From: Octopus sinensis
Taxonomy: Eukaryota
Assembly: GCF_006345805.1 (NCBI RefSeq)
Contig: NC_043001.1
Coordinates: 10,602,001 to 10,666,000, forward strand
Length of the DNA stretch: 64,000 nucleotides
Direction of reading: 5' to 3'
Shown: positions 1 to 13,085 of the stretch, one piece after another
How positions within the stretch are numbered: position 1 is the first letter of the stretch
Layout of the letters: each line of letters starts with the position of its first letter
Program-made: the position numbers and the translations under genes
Notes under the pieces: generated by a model
The model's database searches: none
The model's input: only the letters and a program-made list of their open reading frames with translations
Told to the model about the DNA's origin: nothing

Positions 1-202
1 AGGATAGGAATGAGTTTATTCGTTAAAAACCTAGATTGGAAAAATTAATTTGAATGAAAACCAAGAAATAGAAACAAAAATGGTGAAATGTGCTCCTGGG
101 GATGTTTAGAATCCTCTGTTTCAGGTATTAGACTGTGGCCATGCTGGGGCACCACTTTGAAGGATTTGGGTCAAACGAATCAAACCCCAATACATTCTTT
201 TA

Positions 203-805
203 TTCTTTTACTTGTTTCAGTCATCTGACTGCAGCCATGCTGGAGCACCACATTTAGTCGAACAAATTGACCCCAGGTCTTATTCTACCTATCTCTTTTG
301 CCAAACTGCTCAGTTATAGGGACGTAAACACACCATCATCAATTGTCAAGAGATGGTGTGGGGGGTGGGGAGAAACACACACGCTATACATATATACATA
401 CATATATATACACACATATATGCACACATACACACACATATATATATATATATACACATATATATATACACACATATATATATACACACACACATATATA
501 TATATACACACATATATACATACATATATATATACACACATATATATATATATACACACACACATATAGACACACACACACATATATAGACACACACACA
601 CAATATATATATACACATATATATTATATATATATATACACACGACGGGCTTCTTTCAGTTTCCGTATACCAAATACACTCACAAAGATTTGGTCGGTTC
701 GAGGCTATAGTAGAAGGCACTTGCCCAAAGTGCCATGCAGTGGGACTGAACCTGGAACCATGTGGTTGGTAAGCAAGCTACTTACCACACAGCCACGCCT
801 GCACC
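203..805 (-). mobile_element. tRNA-derived SINE (family A) with internal (TA/CA)n microsatellite
   Basis: Reverse complement of the head TGGCTGTGTGGTAAG...GGTTCAGTCCC and tail CAGCATGG..GCAGTCA.ATGACTGAAACAAGTAAAAGA, found many times in the window; microsatellite at ~385-642. Confidence 0.85.
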
Positions 806-968
806 TACAAGTCAGCATGTATAAACAACAGAGTACATGTTTGTTTTGTGAGTGGTGTGCTGAGGGGTTGGGGTTTTTTTTTGGCGGGGGGAGGTAACCT
901 AGGTGTGAAACAGGTAATGCGTTTGAGCACTTTGCCCAGCATGCTAATAAGTCTGCAAGCTTGCTGCC

Positions 969-1009
<41 letters not shown>

Positions 1010-1013
<4 letters not shown>

Positions 1014-1221
1014 GTTTTAAATTTTTCCACAAGGGCAGCAAATAGGGGGGAGGGGATGAGTCGACTACGTCAACCCCAGTGCATAACTGGTACTTATATC
1101 GACTTCCAAAAGATGAAAGATAAAGTTGACCTCGGAGGAATTTGAACTCAGAACATAGTGACAACCAAAATACTGCTAAGTATTTCTTCCAGCATGCTAA
1201 CACTTCAGCCAGCTCGCCACC
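1010..1221 (-). mobile_element. SINE family B (Meta/MESC-type core) fragment
   Basis: Matches the recurrent GGCGAGCTGGC..GAGTTCAAATTCC..GAGGTC.ACTTT..CTTTCATC motif on the minus strand. Confidence 0.75.
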
Positions 1222-1524
1222 TAATAATAATAGGAAGAAGAATAAGAACACTCAGAGAGTGAAAACCTCTGCTAAGGCAACACCAACGTCCTCTCGACAA
1301 TTAGCCAGAGATTATTTTTTAAATAAGAATATCCGAAATAAATTCAAACAGCCCTCACAAATGAGAATAATAAATATGAGCCCAACCACTCTCAAAAATT
1401 AATTGGAAAAAACCGGAAAAATAATCTAGAATCTTTGTCCGGTACCTCATCGATCCCAATGGTAATCATGGAATGTGAAAGTGGGTGTGCGGGCCATGTT
1501 TGTAATACTGTGTGTGTGTGTGTG

Positions 1525-1780
1525 TTGTCTGCAGTGGGAACAGAGGCAGTTTTCTCTATGAAGGCCTTTTTTATCCTATCCACTGATGTAATGACTTTAC
1601 GACCATTAAGGTCTATAGTGAAAAAATTTATCTGAGCATAAAAGAAAATGGAAATTACCTACATACGGTACTGCTAACAGAGGTTTAACAATGTCGTTGC
1701 GCACAAAACACTTGAGTCCAAGAAGTAAAGCTTTCTGCAAGGCAGAGCTAGAAATGCAAAGAGGTTTTAAACAGGAGCAA
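1525..1780 (-). pseudogene. Ty3/Gypsy integrase C-terminal (GPY/F region) fossil
   Basis: Minus translation LKP...KCFVRNDIVKPLLAVPYVGNFHFLLCSDKFF, +1 frameshift in a T6 run, then TIDLNGRKVITSVDRIKKAF; matches the remembered Gypsy consensus VFVRxDxVRKPLxPPYxGPFxVxxRxDKxFxIxxNGxxxxVSIDRLKPA. Confidence 0.75.
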
Positions 1781-2067
1781 TATATTCAAAATTGGTAAAA
1801 CGAAAAATTGTCGAGGATAATTATTGTTACTGAATATGTTAGTGTTATTTAATTTCTGAATGCTTTTGCTGCCATTTGTTTATGTAATTTGATTTCTTTA
1901 TCCATCAGTTTCTAAGATAGGGATGCAAATAAAATTAATAAAAGAGAAGCGAATATAAATCTTTAGAAAGAGCAACGCAGCCATAAGTTACATGGAAACC
2001 ATGAGCATGCTTTCAAGGGAGATAATCAGAGAAAAACTTGAAAGTCAACATAAGATCATAATACTTC

Positions 2068-2665
2068 ATCATCATCATCATCATCGTTTAGCATCTGCTT
2101 TCCATGCTAGCATGGGTTGGACGGTTCAACTAGGGTCTGGGAAGCCAGAAGGCTGCACCAGGCCCAGTCTGATCTGGCAATGTTTCTATAGCTGGATGCC
2201 CTTCCTAACGCCAACTACTCTGTGAGTGTAGTGGGTGCTTTTTATGTGCCACCTGCACAGGTGCCAGATGAGGCTGGCAAACGCCCACGTTCGGATGGTG
2301 CTTTTTACGTGCCACTGGCATGAGGCCAATTGGGGTGGTGCTGGCTATGGCCACGTTCAGATGGTTCTCTTACATGCCACCGGTACTGGTATCACAGCTG
2401 CAATTTCCATTGATGTTGATCGATTTCGATTCTCACCTGCCTCAACAGGTCTTCACAAGTAGAGTTTTGTGTCCCAAGAAGGAAAGGTATGCATAAGTGG
2501 ACTGGCTACATCCTATGTAGAGGCCACGGGTTATGGTCTCACTTGTCCTGCCGGGTCTTCTCACGCACAGCATACTTCCAAATGTCTCGGTCTCTAGTCA
2601 TTTCCTCAGTGAGACCTAAAGTTCGAAGGTCGTGCTTCACCACCTCGTCCCAGGTTTTCCTGGGT
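2068..2665 (-). mobile_element. RTE-clade LINE 3' end (ORF C-terminus, 3'UTR, (GAT)n tail)
   Basis: PRKTWDEVVKHDLRTLGLTEEMTRDRDIWKYAV matches the RTE C-terminal motif; ends CAACCCATGCTAGCATGGAAA...GATGATGAT. Confidence 0.85.
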
Positions 2666-2674
2666 ATAAAGTAA

Positions 2675-2878
2675 ATATAACAAATAATCCAGAATCCTTG
2701 TCTGGTACCAGATCGATCCCAAAATCTAATCAGTTTGTGCCAATCATGAGGCCAAACATCCCTGGAAGCTTCATCCGAATCCATCCAGTGGTTCTTGAGA
2801 TATCTTTGTCCACGGACAAACAAACAAACAAATATGACTAAAAATAATACCTCCGCTTTCACTAAGGTAGAGGTAATA
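2675..2878 (+). mobile_element. DINE-1/HINE-like non-autonomous element, 3' part (related 5' part at ~1243-1465)
   Basis: (CAAA)n followed by the terminal stem-loop ACCTCCGCTTTCACTAAGGTAGAGGT; shares AATAATC.AGAATC.TTGTC.GGTACC..ATCGATCCCAA with 1421-1460. Confidence 0.55.
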
Positions 2879-3849
2879 ACAACAACAACAATAATAATAA
2901 TGGTTTCAAATTTTGGCACAAGGCCAGCAATTTTAGAGGGAAGTGGAAAGTCAATTACATCAACTCTTATGTTCAACTTTTATATTGTTTTATCGAACCA
3001 GGAGGGATGAAAAGCAAAACTAACTTCAGTGGAATTTGAACTTGGAATGGCTTAGAAGAAATACTGCTTGTCATGCAGTCTGACATGCTAACAATTCTGC
3101 CAAATCACCATCTTAATAATATGATATACTGATGATGATGATGATGATAATTATTATAACAACGACAACAACAATAATAATAACAATTTTGAAGGCACTG
3201 AAAAATTCCCATTACACTATGCTTAGCATAAAAACTAAAATATATAAAAAACTAAAAAATTAATTTCACTAAGATATATTTATGTTTTCCATGGAATGAA
3301 TCAGAAAAAATAAGCATCATCAGAGAGAAACCAGCTTCATGTCCATTATCTTTCATCAGAATCTGCTTAAAGTTGCCATTTTGCCAAGAGATAACAACTT
3401 ATAATTATATAGAAATTGCTGTTTAGTTTACAAGTGGGTTCGGCTAACTTGTATATTAAGAATATTTAGAGAAATACCAAAAATTTACAGAATACAAAAA
3501 TATCGGCATGAAAAGCTATAAAATTCACTATTTTTATATTTAATAATATAATAATAATGAAGTGTTTAATTATAGAATTTAATGATAGTAATATATAGTG
3601 AGATAACGAAATATAATGATAGCAATATACTGGAGGTTGGGTGCGATGAGATGTTCTGTATTGCAGATGCATAGAGACGAAAGCATTGTTGATATAAGAA
3701 TAATTTAGGGGGAGTTAAGGGGACGGCATAATAAAATTCATCACCACCACCATCACAATCATCATCATCATCATGACTATCATCAGCATCACTATCATCA
3801 TTGTCATCACCATCATCACTACAACTATTGTTTTTATATACGCTTGGTG

Positions 3850-4675
3850 TCATGTAAAATGCACCATTTGAGTGTCACCGATGACAGTGCCATCTGACTG
3901 GCTCCCGTGCCAGTACCACATAAAATACACAATTCGAGTGTGACCGATGACAGTGCCATCTGACAGGCTCCCATGTTGGAGGCACATAAAATGCACAATT
4001 TGAGTGTGACCAATACCAGTGCCATCTGACTGGCACCCATGCTGGTTCCATGTAAAAAGCATCATTCAACTGTGGCCAATGCCAGTGCCATCTGATTGGC
4101 ACCCATGTTGGAGGCACATAAATGCACTATTCGAGTGTGACCGATACCAGTGCCATCTGACTGGCTCCCGTGCCAGTGACACATAAAATGCACCATTCAA
4201 GCATGACTGATGCCAGTGCCGCCTGACTGGCACCCATGCCGGTGCCATGTAAAAAGTATTATTCAACTGTGATCAATGCCAGTACCACCTGATTGGCACC
4301 TGTGCCAGTGGCACATAAAAAAGCGCCATTGTGCATAGCTGATGCCAGTGCCGCCTGACTGGCACCCAAGCTGGTGGCATGTAAAATACACCATTCAAGC
4401 ATAGCCAATGATAGTGCCGCCTAACTGGCACATAAAAGACACCATCCACACATGGCCGATGCCAGTGTCACCTGACTGGCTTCCATGCCGGTGACATGTA
4501 GAAAGCACCCACTACACTCTCAGAGTGATTGGCATTAGGAAGGGCATCCAGCTGTAGAACCCTTGCCAGATCAGACTGGAGCCTGGTGCAGCCTCCTGGC
4601 TTACCAGTTCTCAGTCAAACCATCCAACCCATGCCAGCATGGAAAGTGGATATTAAACAACAACGAAGATGATGG
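3850..4675 (+). repeat. ~59-bp minisatellite (~11 diverged units) inside an RTE 3'UTR-derived element
   Basis: Repeated GCACCATTCGAGTGTGACCGATGCCAGTGCCATCTGACTGGCTCCC..GCC.GTGGCACATAAAA running into the RTE tail (CAACCCATGCCAGCATGG at ~4626). Confidence 0.85.
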
Positions 4676-5698
4676 TGATTCCCATGGTCGCATGGAACTC
4701 GTTAAGGCACATTTTCTACAGGTGGATGCCTTTCCTCTCACCCAGCCTTACCTGTCTCCAAGCAAAGTGGTACCTCCACCCCCACCCCCACGGACAGGCC
4801 TGTTTACACAGAAGACTGGAAACGAAAGACACCACTTGCTCCACTGTGGCACTTGTTTACAACTGTCAGGTGACATCGAGACAGGGAGACACAAACATGC
4901 ACACACACACACACACACACACCACACACAAATTCTGTGAAGATTCAGTGTTTGGGTTATTAGGCTAACAATCGTACTACACAGAAGGGGCTAAACACAG
5001 AGGGGACAAACAAGGACAGACAAACGGATTAAGTCGATTACATCAACTCCAGTACATAACTGGTACTTAATTTATCAACCCCAAAAGGATGAAAGGCAAA
5101 GATGACCAGCAGCACAAACCATACCAAAGCAGGCATTGGAGAATTCTGTATGGGCGTCCAACCCATGCCAGCATGGTTAGGTGAAGATGATGATGTTGGA
5201 CAACAGAACACAATGATAGCAATAAAATGTGAAATGATGGCTAAAGGACTATGGAAGATAGTAATATCAGACGAGATCAAACAAATATGCAACAAATTCT
5301 CTTGGAATCCATAAATAGAGGGTGGAGTCATTCCATTGCCAAGAGATAAAGAATGTTCTAGAAAGATTCTATCAAATGTCTTTGTTGAATAGTTCTATGT
5401 TTATTCTATGATCAATAACATTCCAACCAAAGCCAGTTCCATATTTTTGTTTATCAAACATTGTGCAGCTCGGACTACATTGTCTAATGTTCTAGTTTTG
5501 CTTTTAACCTTTTTGCTACCACATTTTTGAAATTAATGAAGAATTTAGAAAATTACCTGTCATTGCTAACCCTTAGCCGTATAAACCAACAGTATCAGAC
5601 CTAACAATCCTAGCCAGATCCGGCCTCTTACACACACCTTACAATGTTATTCTAAAAATAAACAGTCGCATAATCAAAATCTCAAGGCAATGAGATAA

Positions 5699-6115
5699 GG
5701 CGGCGAGCTGGCAGAAACGTTAGCACGCTGGGCAAAATACTTAGTGGTATTTTGTCTGCTGTTACGTTCTGAGTTCAAATTCCACCGAGGTCGACTTTGC
5801 CTTTCATCCTTTCAGGGTCGATAAATTAAGTACCAGTTACGCACTGGGGTTGATGTAATTGACTTAATCTGTTTGTCTGTCCTTGTTTGTTCATTCTGTG
5901 TTTAGCCCCTTGTGGGTAGTAAATAAATAGGTATTTCGTCTGCCGTCACGTTCTGGGTTCAAATTCCGCTGAGATCGACTTTGCCTTTCATCCTTTCGGG
6001 GTCAATAAATTAAGTACCAGTTACACACTGGGGTCGATATAATCGACTTAATCTCTTTGTCTGTCTTTGTTTGTCCCGTCTATGTTTAGCTCCTTGTGGG
6101 CAATAAAGAAATAAG
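5699..6115 (+). mobile_element. SINE family B head-to-tail dimer
   Basis: Head GGCGGCGAGCTGGCAGAAACGTTAGC then two ~180-bp units each starting GGTATTTYGTCTG. Confidence 0.85.
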
Positions 6116-6629
6116 AAATCCTTATCCCATAGGTTAAAAAACTTAGCAGAAGGTTTTCTGGCTTTTTGTGTTCCAAGTTCAAATACTGCCAAATCTGAAA
6201 TTTGCCTTCCATCCTTTTGGGGTTGATAAAACAAAAAGCAGTTCAGCAATATGGCTGGTGTAATCAACTTCCCCCACCCCTCAAAACTGCTGGTCTTGTA
6301 CCAAAATTAAAAGCCATTGTTTGGAACATAGATTAACAGGAAATTTTGAAAAGAAGTTTCTATCAAACAAAAACCGCAAATGGTTTGGGGCAGATTGGTA
6401 TCGAAAGACAGTTGTATGTTTGAAACGATCAAATGATTTTTCTGCATTTGTAGCAAGATGAACAACTCCAGAGAAGATTTTCTTATTTGTTTATATAAAC
6501 AGAAGGGAAGCTCCACCATTCTGATGTCAAAACTCAGCGGAACATCTACAGCATTGTCAAAAGGGAGAAAATAAAAAAAAGAGAACAAGGCTCAACCATG
6601 CTCATTTCTCTACAAAAATACAGATGCAC

Positions 6630-6795
6630 ATGGGTTCAGGAGTGGCTGTGTGGTAAGTAACTTGTTTACTAATCACATGGTTCCGGGTTCAGTCCCATTG
6701 TGTGGCACCTTTGGCAAGTGTCTTCTACAATAGCCTCAGGGCAACAAAAGCCTTGTGAGTGGATTTGGTAGATGGAAACTGAAAGAAGCCTGTTT

Positions 6796-6840
<45 letters not shown>

Positions 6841-7622
6841 ATTAGGGTTGAGTAAAAAAAAATTACTTTACCACACACCGAACTTTTAGAAATAGCAGCC
6901 AAAAAATTTTGCTATTTCCTCTACTATAAGAAAAGTCTCCCAGACAATGTATACTCAAAAATAATTCACGTAGGTATAGTATATTCATGTTCGTGTGTGT
7001 GTATGTTAGTGGGTGAGTTTGTCTCCGACCATCACTTGACAACTAATGTTGGCGTGTTCACGTCCCCATAACTTAGTGGTTCAGCAAAAGAGACCATTAG
7101 AATAAGTACTAGGCTGACAAAGAATAAGTCCTGGGGGCAATTTGTTCGACTAAAAGTGGTGCTCTATCATGGCCACAGTCAAATGAGCCAAACAAATAAA
7201 AGACTACACACAGACACATACAAAAAAACAAAACGTGGTAAGTAGCTTGCTTATGAACCACATGGTTCCAGGTTCAGTCCCACTGCATGGCACCTTCAGC
7301 AAGTGTCTTCTACTATAGCCTTGGGCCGACCAAAGCTTTGTGAGTGGATTTGGTAGACGGAAACTGAAAGAAGCCTGTCATATATATATATGTGTGTATA
7401 TATATATATATATGTATGTGTATGTGTTTGTCCCCCAACATCGCTTGACAACCAATGCTGGTGTGTTTGCGTCCCCATAACTTAGCGGTTTGGAAAAAGA
7501 GACCGATAGAATAAATACTAGGCTTCCAAAGAATAAGTCCAGGGATCAATTTGCTCAACTAAAAGGCAGTGCTCCAGCACGGCCACAGTCAAATGACTGA
7601 AACCAGTAAAAGAGCAAAAGAG
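6630..7622 (+). mobile_element. Two adjacent SINE family A copies
   Basis: Heads at ~6635 and ~7236; tails at ~7200 and ~7620. Confidence 0.8.
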
Positions 7623-7808
7623 ATATATGCTTCTCACTAAAATATACATGACCCCCTACAAACAGCTGTTCTCAGCATTTTTGAGGTCCATCAGTAAAAT
7701 ATCTCCCTAACCAAATGTGACACTCCAGTCACCAGCGATTGATATTTCTCCATCAACCTATTCCAGCTTCCCTTCAGTCTTCCCATATTATTTCGTAGAC
7801 TTCTACTG

Positions 7809-7840
<32 letters not shown>

Positions 7841-8109
7841 TTGCATCCTTTCGTCACAGTTTTGCAATATTTATTACGTTTTTCTTTTTTTTTTTTTTGG
7901 ATTTTTTTCTTGACTTTCTGTGGTTATTTGCAAACTATATACCTCAATGTCCATTGTTAAAAAACAAAACAAAAGACGAACATCTTGCCATGTTTTTTAT
8001 CTTTTCTTTTTTTCTTTTTTTTTTACATGAGAAACCAACATTAATAATACATTACATACACACACACACAACGAAACTCTTTCCTCTCTCTCTCTCTCTC
8101 TCCCAATGC

Positions 8110-8281
8110 ATTCATATATAATTATATGTATGTATGTGTGTATGTAAAATATATAAACACACAAACACATATTTATATGTATAAATATATATACACACAC
8201 AAATATGTAGGTATGTGTGTACAAACATATATATATATATATATATATTATTTATATATAATACATATGCACACACATCTG

Positions 8282-8312
<31 letters not shown>

Positions 8313-8525
8313 AACATGCAAATATGTGCATAAATATATATACACAAATATGTGTGTCTGTATATATATATATATATATATATATAAACACACATGCATA
8401 TTTGTACATAAATTTGTATATACAAATGTGTGTGTGTGTGTATATAAATAATAAACATACACATGTACATATATATATACAATACAAATATGTGTGTATA
8501 AATATATAAGCACACTCACATGTAC

Positions 8526-8576
<51 letters not shown>

Positions 8577-8605
8577 TATATATAATAAACACACACCTAT
8601 GTACT

Positions 8606-8637
<32 letters not shown>

Positions 8638-8846
8638 CATGTGTGTGTGTATATATATAGATAGATAGATAGATAAGCACACACGTGTACATAAATATAT
8701 ATGTATATATAATAAACAAACACACACACATATATGAACATATGTATGTATATATATATGCCAGCATGGAAAACGGATGTTAAATGACAATGATGATATA
8801 CATGCAAATATATGTATACACATAATCATATGTTCCCCTGTGTATA

Positions 8847-8885
<39 letters not shown>

Positions 8886-8940
8886 GCATATTATGTGTGT
8901 TTTTGTACACAAGTACATAATCTCTCTCTCACACACACAG
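8110..8940. repeat. Compound (TA)n/(CA)n microsatellite
   Basis: Direct inspection. Confidence 0.95.
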
Positions 8941-9329
8941 CGCTCTTTTTTTTTTGTTTCATCAGTACGTAGCTGACTTCCCACTGTTTATCTATACGCA
9001 GTAATAATCACATGTGTCATTTGTATGTTATTTCTGATTTTTTATATATATTTCTGTTCTTTTGTTATTTCTCCTTGCTTTGGCTTGCAAAGAAATGGTC
9101 CTTGTGGAAATATTGCTCTCAGCAGCTATGACAAGGTAAAACTAGAGTAACACAAACTCTAATCTTAGATCTTGCCAAGATAATTGTATGAAGCACTTGC
9201 ATGTGACGCTGCTATACAACGTTCCCATGAATGCTCTCGCTGCTACATGTGTTGCTTGCATAGCAGGTCTCCACTTGTGTCCTTACACGTTCTTCTCAAA
9301 TGTCGTAGTCCTTTAGTGTTTCGTGCATT

Positions 9330-9720
9330 GTGTTGCCACATGAGAAATGCCATCCACATGTAGAGGTATATAAATTTGATGCTCTCACAAGTGATGTACA
9401 TGCATTGTGTTACCACCACATGTAGAGTTTCGCCACATGCACAGATATTCAAACATGTTCTAACAAGTGATGTTCATGCATCATTTTGCCACATGTGAAG
9501 TTCCACTACATGTGGAGAAATTTAAATATATATCACAACTGACATTTTACATGTTTCTACAAGTGAAGTTTCACAACAGTGGACTGATATTTGAACATGA
9601 TCTTTCCATTCCATGTTACATGTAGACTACCACCATAAGGAGAGATGTTTAAGATATTCTACAAATTGATATTCTTACATGCTATTTCCACATGTGAAGC
9701 ATCACATGAACAGTTATTTA
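9330..9720. repeat. Degenerate ~65-80 bp tandem repeat rich in CACATG/CATGTG
   Basis: Recurring CCACATGT.GA...GATATTTAAA...CACAAGTGATGT blocks. Confidence 0.55.
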
Positions 9721-10002
9721 AAAATGTTGTGTTCGGGAACAGCTCACCTAACCAGCAGGGTGGCATCATTTGAAAGCTAAAATAATGTGAAGCACATTGT
9801 GACCAGTGATGCATAACATTTGATAATCTACTTGTTACCGTGATGTCACTATATTTACATAATTATATAGTGCTGGCTTTGTGGTATGGTCCAAGCAAAT
9901 GTAGTCCATAGTTACATTAATAACCGAAAGGGTGGCTTCATGTGAGGAATTGAGGATTCCTTTTAACCCAAGGTTAAGCTGCAACCAAGAGCACTTGCCT
10001 GT

Positions 10003-10733
10003 TTAACCCTTTTGATACCGATCCGGCTGAAACTGCCCCTAGCTCTGTAGTATAAATGTCTTGTTTCCATAAGTTCTGAATTAAAATCTTCCACCAAACC
10101 TGAGTCACAATTTATGTTCCTAACACTAGCTTAATGATAACTAAGTTATTTTACTAAATTCTTTGTTATATTTAAAATTAATTGAAAGAAACACAGAGCA
10201 TCTCAACAGATATATGGTAATAAAAGGGTTAAAATATATAATAGAAATAATTCATAACCGTTTCGTTACCAACTCGGCTGAAACCACCTCTGGCTCTGAA
10301 GTACAAATGTCTTTTCATAAATTTTGAATTAAAATCTTCCACCAAACCTTAGTCACAATTTATATTCCTAACTCTAGCTTAATGATAACTAAGTTATTTT
10401 ACTAAATTCTTAGTTATATTTAAAATTAATTGAAAGAAAGACAAAGCATCTCAACAGATATACAGTAATGAAAGGGTTAAAATATATAATAGAGAAACAA
10501 TTCTTAACCCTTTCGTTACCAACCCGGCTGAAACCACCCCTGGCTCTATAGTATAAATGTCTTGTTTACATAAATTTTAAATTAAAATCTTCCAGCAAAC
10601 CCTAGTCACAATTTATGTTTCTAACATTTGCTGAATGATAACTAAGTTATTTTACTAAATTCTTTGTTATATTTAAAATTAATTGAAAGAAACACAGAGC
10701 ATCTCAAAAAGATGTACAGTAATGAAAAGATTA
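10003..10733. mobile_element. Three tandem copies of a ~230-bp piggyBac-like MITE
   Basis: Units begin near-consensus TTAACCCTTT.G.TACC and end near-consensus GTAAT.AAAGGGTTAA (TTAA TSD, CCC/GGG TIR); copies at ~10003, ~10255, ~10504. Confidence 0.8.
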
Positions 10734-11479
10734 AAAGGTCTTGTTGTCTGTGTCTCTCTTTGTTCCTCTTCACCTCTCTGGCCCTCTGCTGTGCTTGCCC
10801 ACATTGTTGCCTGTATAATCCCTTTTTGTGGGAATCTCTGTCTTAACTATAGCTTTTGTTATATACACCAAAGAGTATCAAGGATAATGGAACTGTTCTA
10901 TAACAAAGTTCTGGAATAATATTTACGGGGTAAATAATAATGTTGTGATGATAGGATGAGGAGTTTAAAATTGAAGGATTTATTGTGGTTTATGGGTCTC
11001 TTCGTTGTTAACAACAATGTATATTTAATGATGTTATAAAGAATAGCTGGGTCACAACAGAACACTGAGAAAAATACCAAGGGTATAGTAGTCCTAAGAT
11101 GAAACTCGAAGGAGAGAGTAAGATGACTGGAGGTACAGGAAGGAGTGATTGCTGGAAAATAAATTGGGAAGGAGAGATACTGTGATATGGGAAGGAGTGA
11201 TAAATTTGGAAAAGGCATGGTTCCAAGGGGAGGTAACAACAAGAGGGTAGGAAACATGAGTAAATCCTATTCTCATATGACAACAGTTGTACAGTGCCGT
11301 AGTAAGGAGAGTGATGAAGGGATGGGTATTAAGAAGATGAGAGGTCAGGAAGGTTTGACAGAGATGGATTGGATGCAGGGCCCAGTTAATGTATAGACAT
11401 AAGCATAATACTTTTAGAGTTGCATTTACATTGTAACAAATGGGTCTTCTTGAACCCACAAATTGCTAATAATTTTGGT

Positions 11480-11990
11480 TGTCATCTTCTCCATAAGGTC
11501 CAGCGTCTTCAGGTCACCCTTCATTGCTTAAACCTATATCTTCTTGGGTTTTCCTCTTGTATAATTTCTGTCCATTCTTAGCAATTGGTATATCTTTATG
11601 TAGTCACTTTCTTCCATGCACATCACTGGACCATTCCAGCACAGATTTCTCTTTTGCATGCAACAGCTGATTCCTCTTATGCCCAATTTTTCTCTCAATA
11701 CATTTGAATCTCGTCATACAAACACCCTGACTTTGCACGGCCAAAGGAAGATATTAGCTTCATATCTCTCTAGTCTTCGCCTGTCTCCTACATTCAGAGC
11801 TCATGACTCACTACCATGTAGCATTGCAGTTTACACAGAAACATCATTCAATCTGTCCTCCATTCAAAGCCATAACATCTCTCTAAACTTCTTCCATCCT
11901 ATTCTGGCAAATTTACTTTCAGAATAACCTCCATTGCTAATTAGGTAACCTAGGTAACAGATCCTACATATTTCCTCTAAGGAGCCTCCT
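11480..11990 (-). mobile_element. Decayed RTE LINE ORF fragment
   Basis: Minus translation LREKLGIRGISCCMQKRNLCWNGPVMCMEE...RGKPKKI*..MKGDLKTLDL resembles RTE RRLRWxGHVxRM...RGRPxKTW. Confidence 0.75.
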
Positions 11991-12464
11991 TGGCATAATA
12001 TACACATATATAAACATATATATTTTTACAGCCGGTTTGGTTACTGTTTGTGTAACACTACTTTTATATGTTTCCTATTTGGAAACAGATAATAAATACA
12101 TTTTACTTTTGAAGTAGGGATAAAAAAAATCAGAAACCAAATGAGAAATATGTAAATGGAATAAAACCCTAAAGTCTTGGAACAAGATATATCTGGTAGA
12201 AGTGAAATGTAAGAAGAAAATCAATGATTAAATTATACATTATGGTAGATATTACATATATGAACTAAAGGTGTGTTTATGCCAATATTTACATTGGTAA
12301 ACACACTCTATAACCATGTTTCCTTTAACCTTCCACTTTCTATAGGCTACCTTTGACATTATATCCTCTAACGTTTTTTTTAAAAAAACTTAATAGCGTT
12401 CAGTTCATCACTTTACATATCCATCATATTCTGTTAAAATGTCTTATTGACGAGCTTTATTTCT

Positions 12465-12555
12465 TCAGATCCCTGAAGAAAAGATTACATTGTTTTACAC
12501 CATTTTATTCCTTTGGAATAATACCAATGCCATCTTCGAAACGTGTCAGAAGTAA
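12465..12555 (+). ncRNA. Degenerate Penelope-type hammerhead ribozyme motif
   Basis: CTGAAGA 12473-79, stem II AAGAT...ATCTT, GAAAC 12538-42, GTC 12545-47; stem I poor. Confidence 0.45.
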
Positions 12556-12707
12556 AAGAATTTGAATAATACCTGCGTTTAACTCCATTTATTTATTTAC
12601 ATATATATATATATCATCATCATCATCATATATATATTATATATTATATATATATATTATATATATATATATACATATACATACATATATATATGTATAT
12701 ATAAGCA

Positions 12708-12743
<36 letters not shown>

Positions 12744-12933
12744 TCTGTGCCGGTGGCACATAAAAAGCACCCACTACATTCATGCAGTGGTTGGCGTTAG
12801 GAAAGGCATCAAGCTGTAGAAATACTGCCAGATCAGACTGGAGAATGGTGCAGCCTCCTGGCTTCCCAGACCCCATTCGAACCGTCCAACCCATGCTAGC
12901 ATGGAAAACGGACATTAAACGATGATGATTATG

Positions 12934-12964
<31 letters not shown>

Positions 12965-13085
12965 TTACATCAGGGTGGAATGCTAGCAGAAACATTAGTA
13001 CACTGGGGGAAATGCTTAGCGGTATTTCATCTGTACAGAATGTACCAACTAAAAAATTTATATTACCACAACAATTATACATACA

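Noticed and set aside
3429-3453. Hairpin TACAAGT..TTCG..ACTTGTA
   Set aside because: Short AT-rich stem expected by chance; no supporting context
11380-11465. GIY-YIG endonuclease fragment (CKCNSKSI)
   Set aside because: Similarity too short to support
12573-12588. MELNA first exon with G|GTATTA donor on minus strand
   Set aside because: Lies within the Penelope-like fragment next to a microsatellite; weak donor
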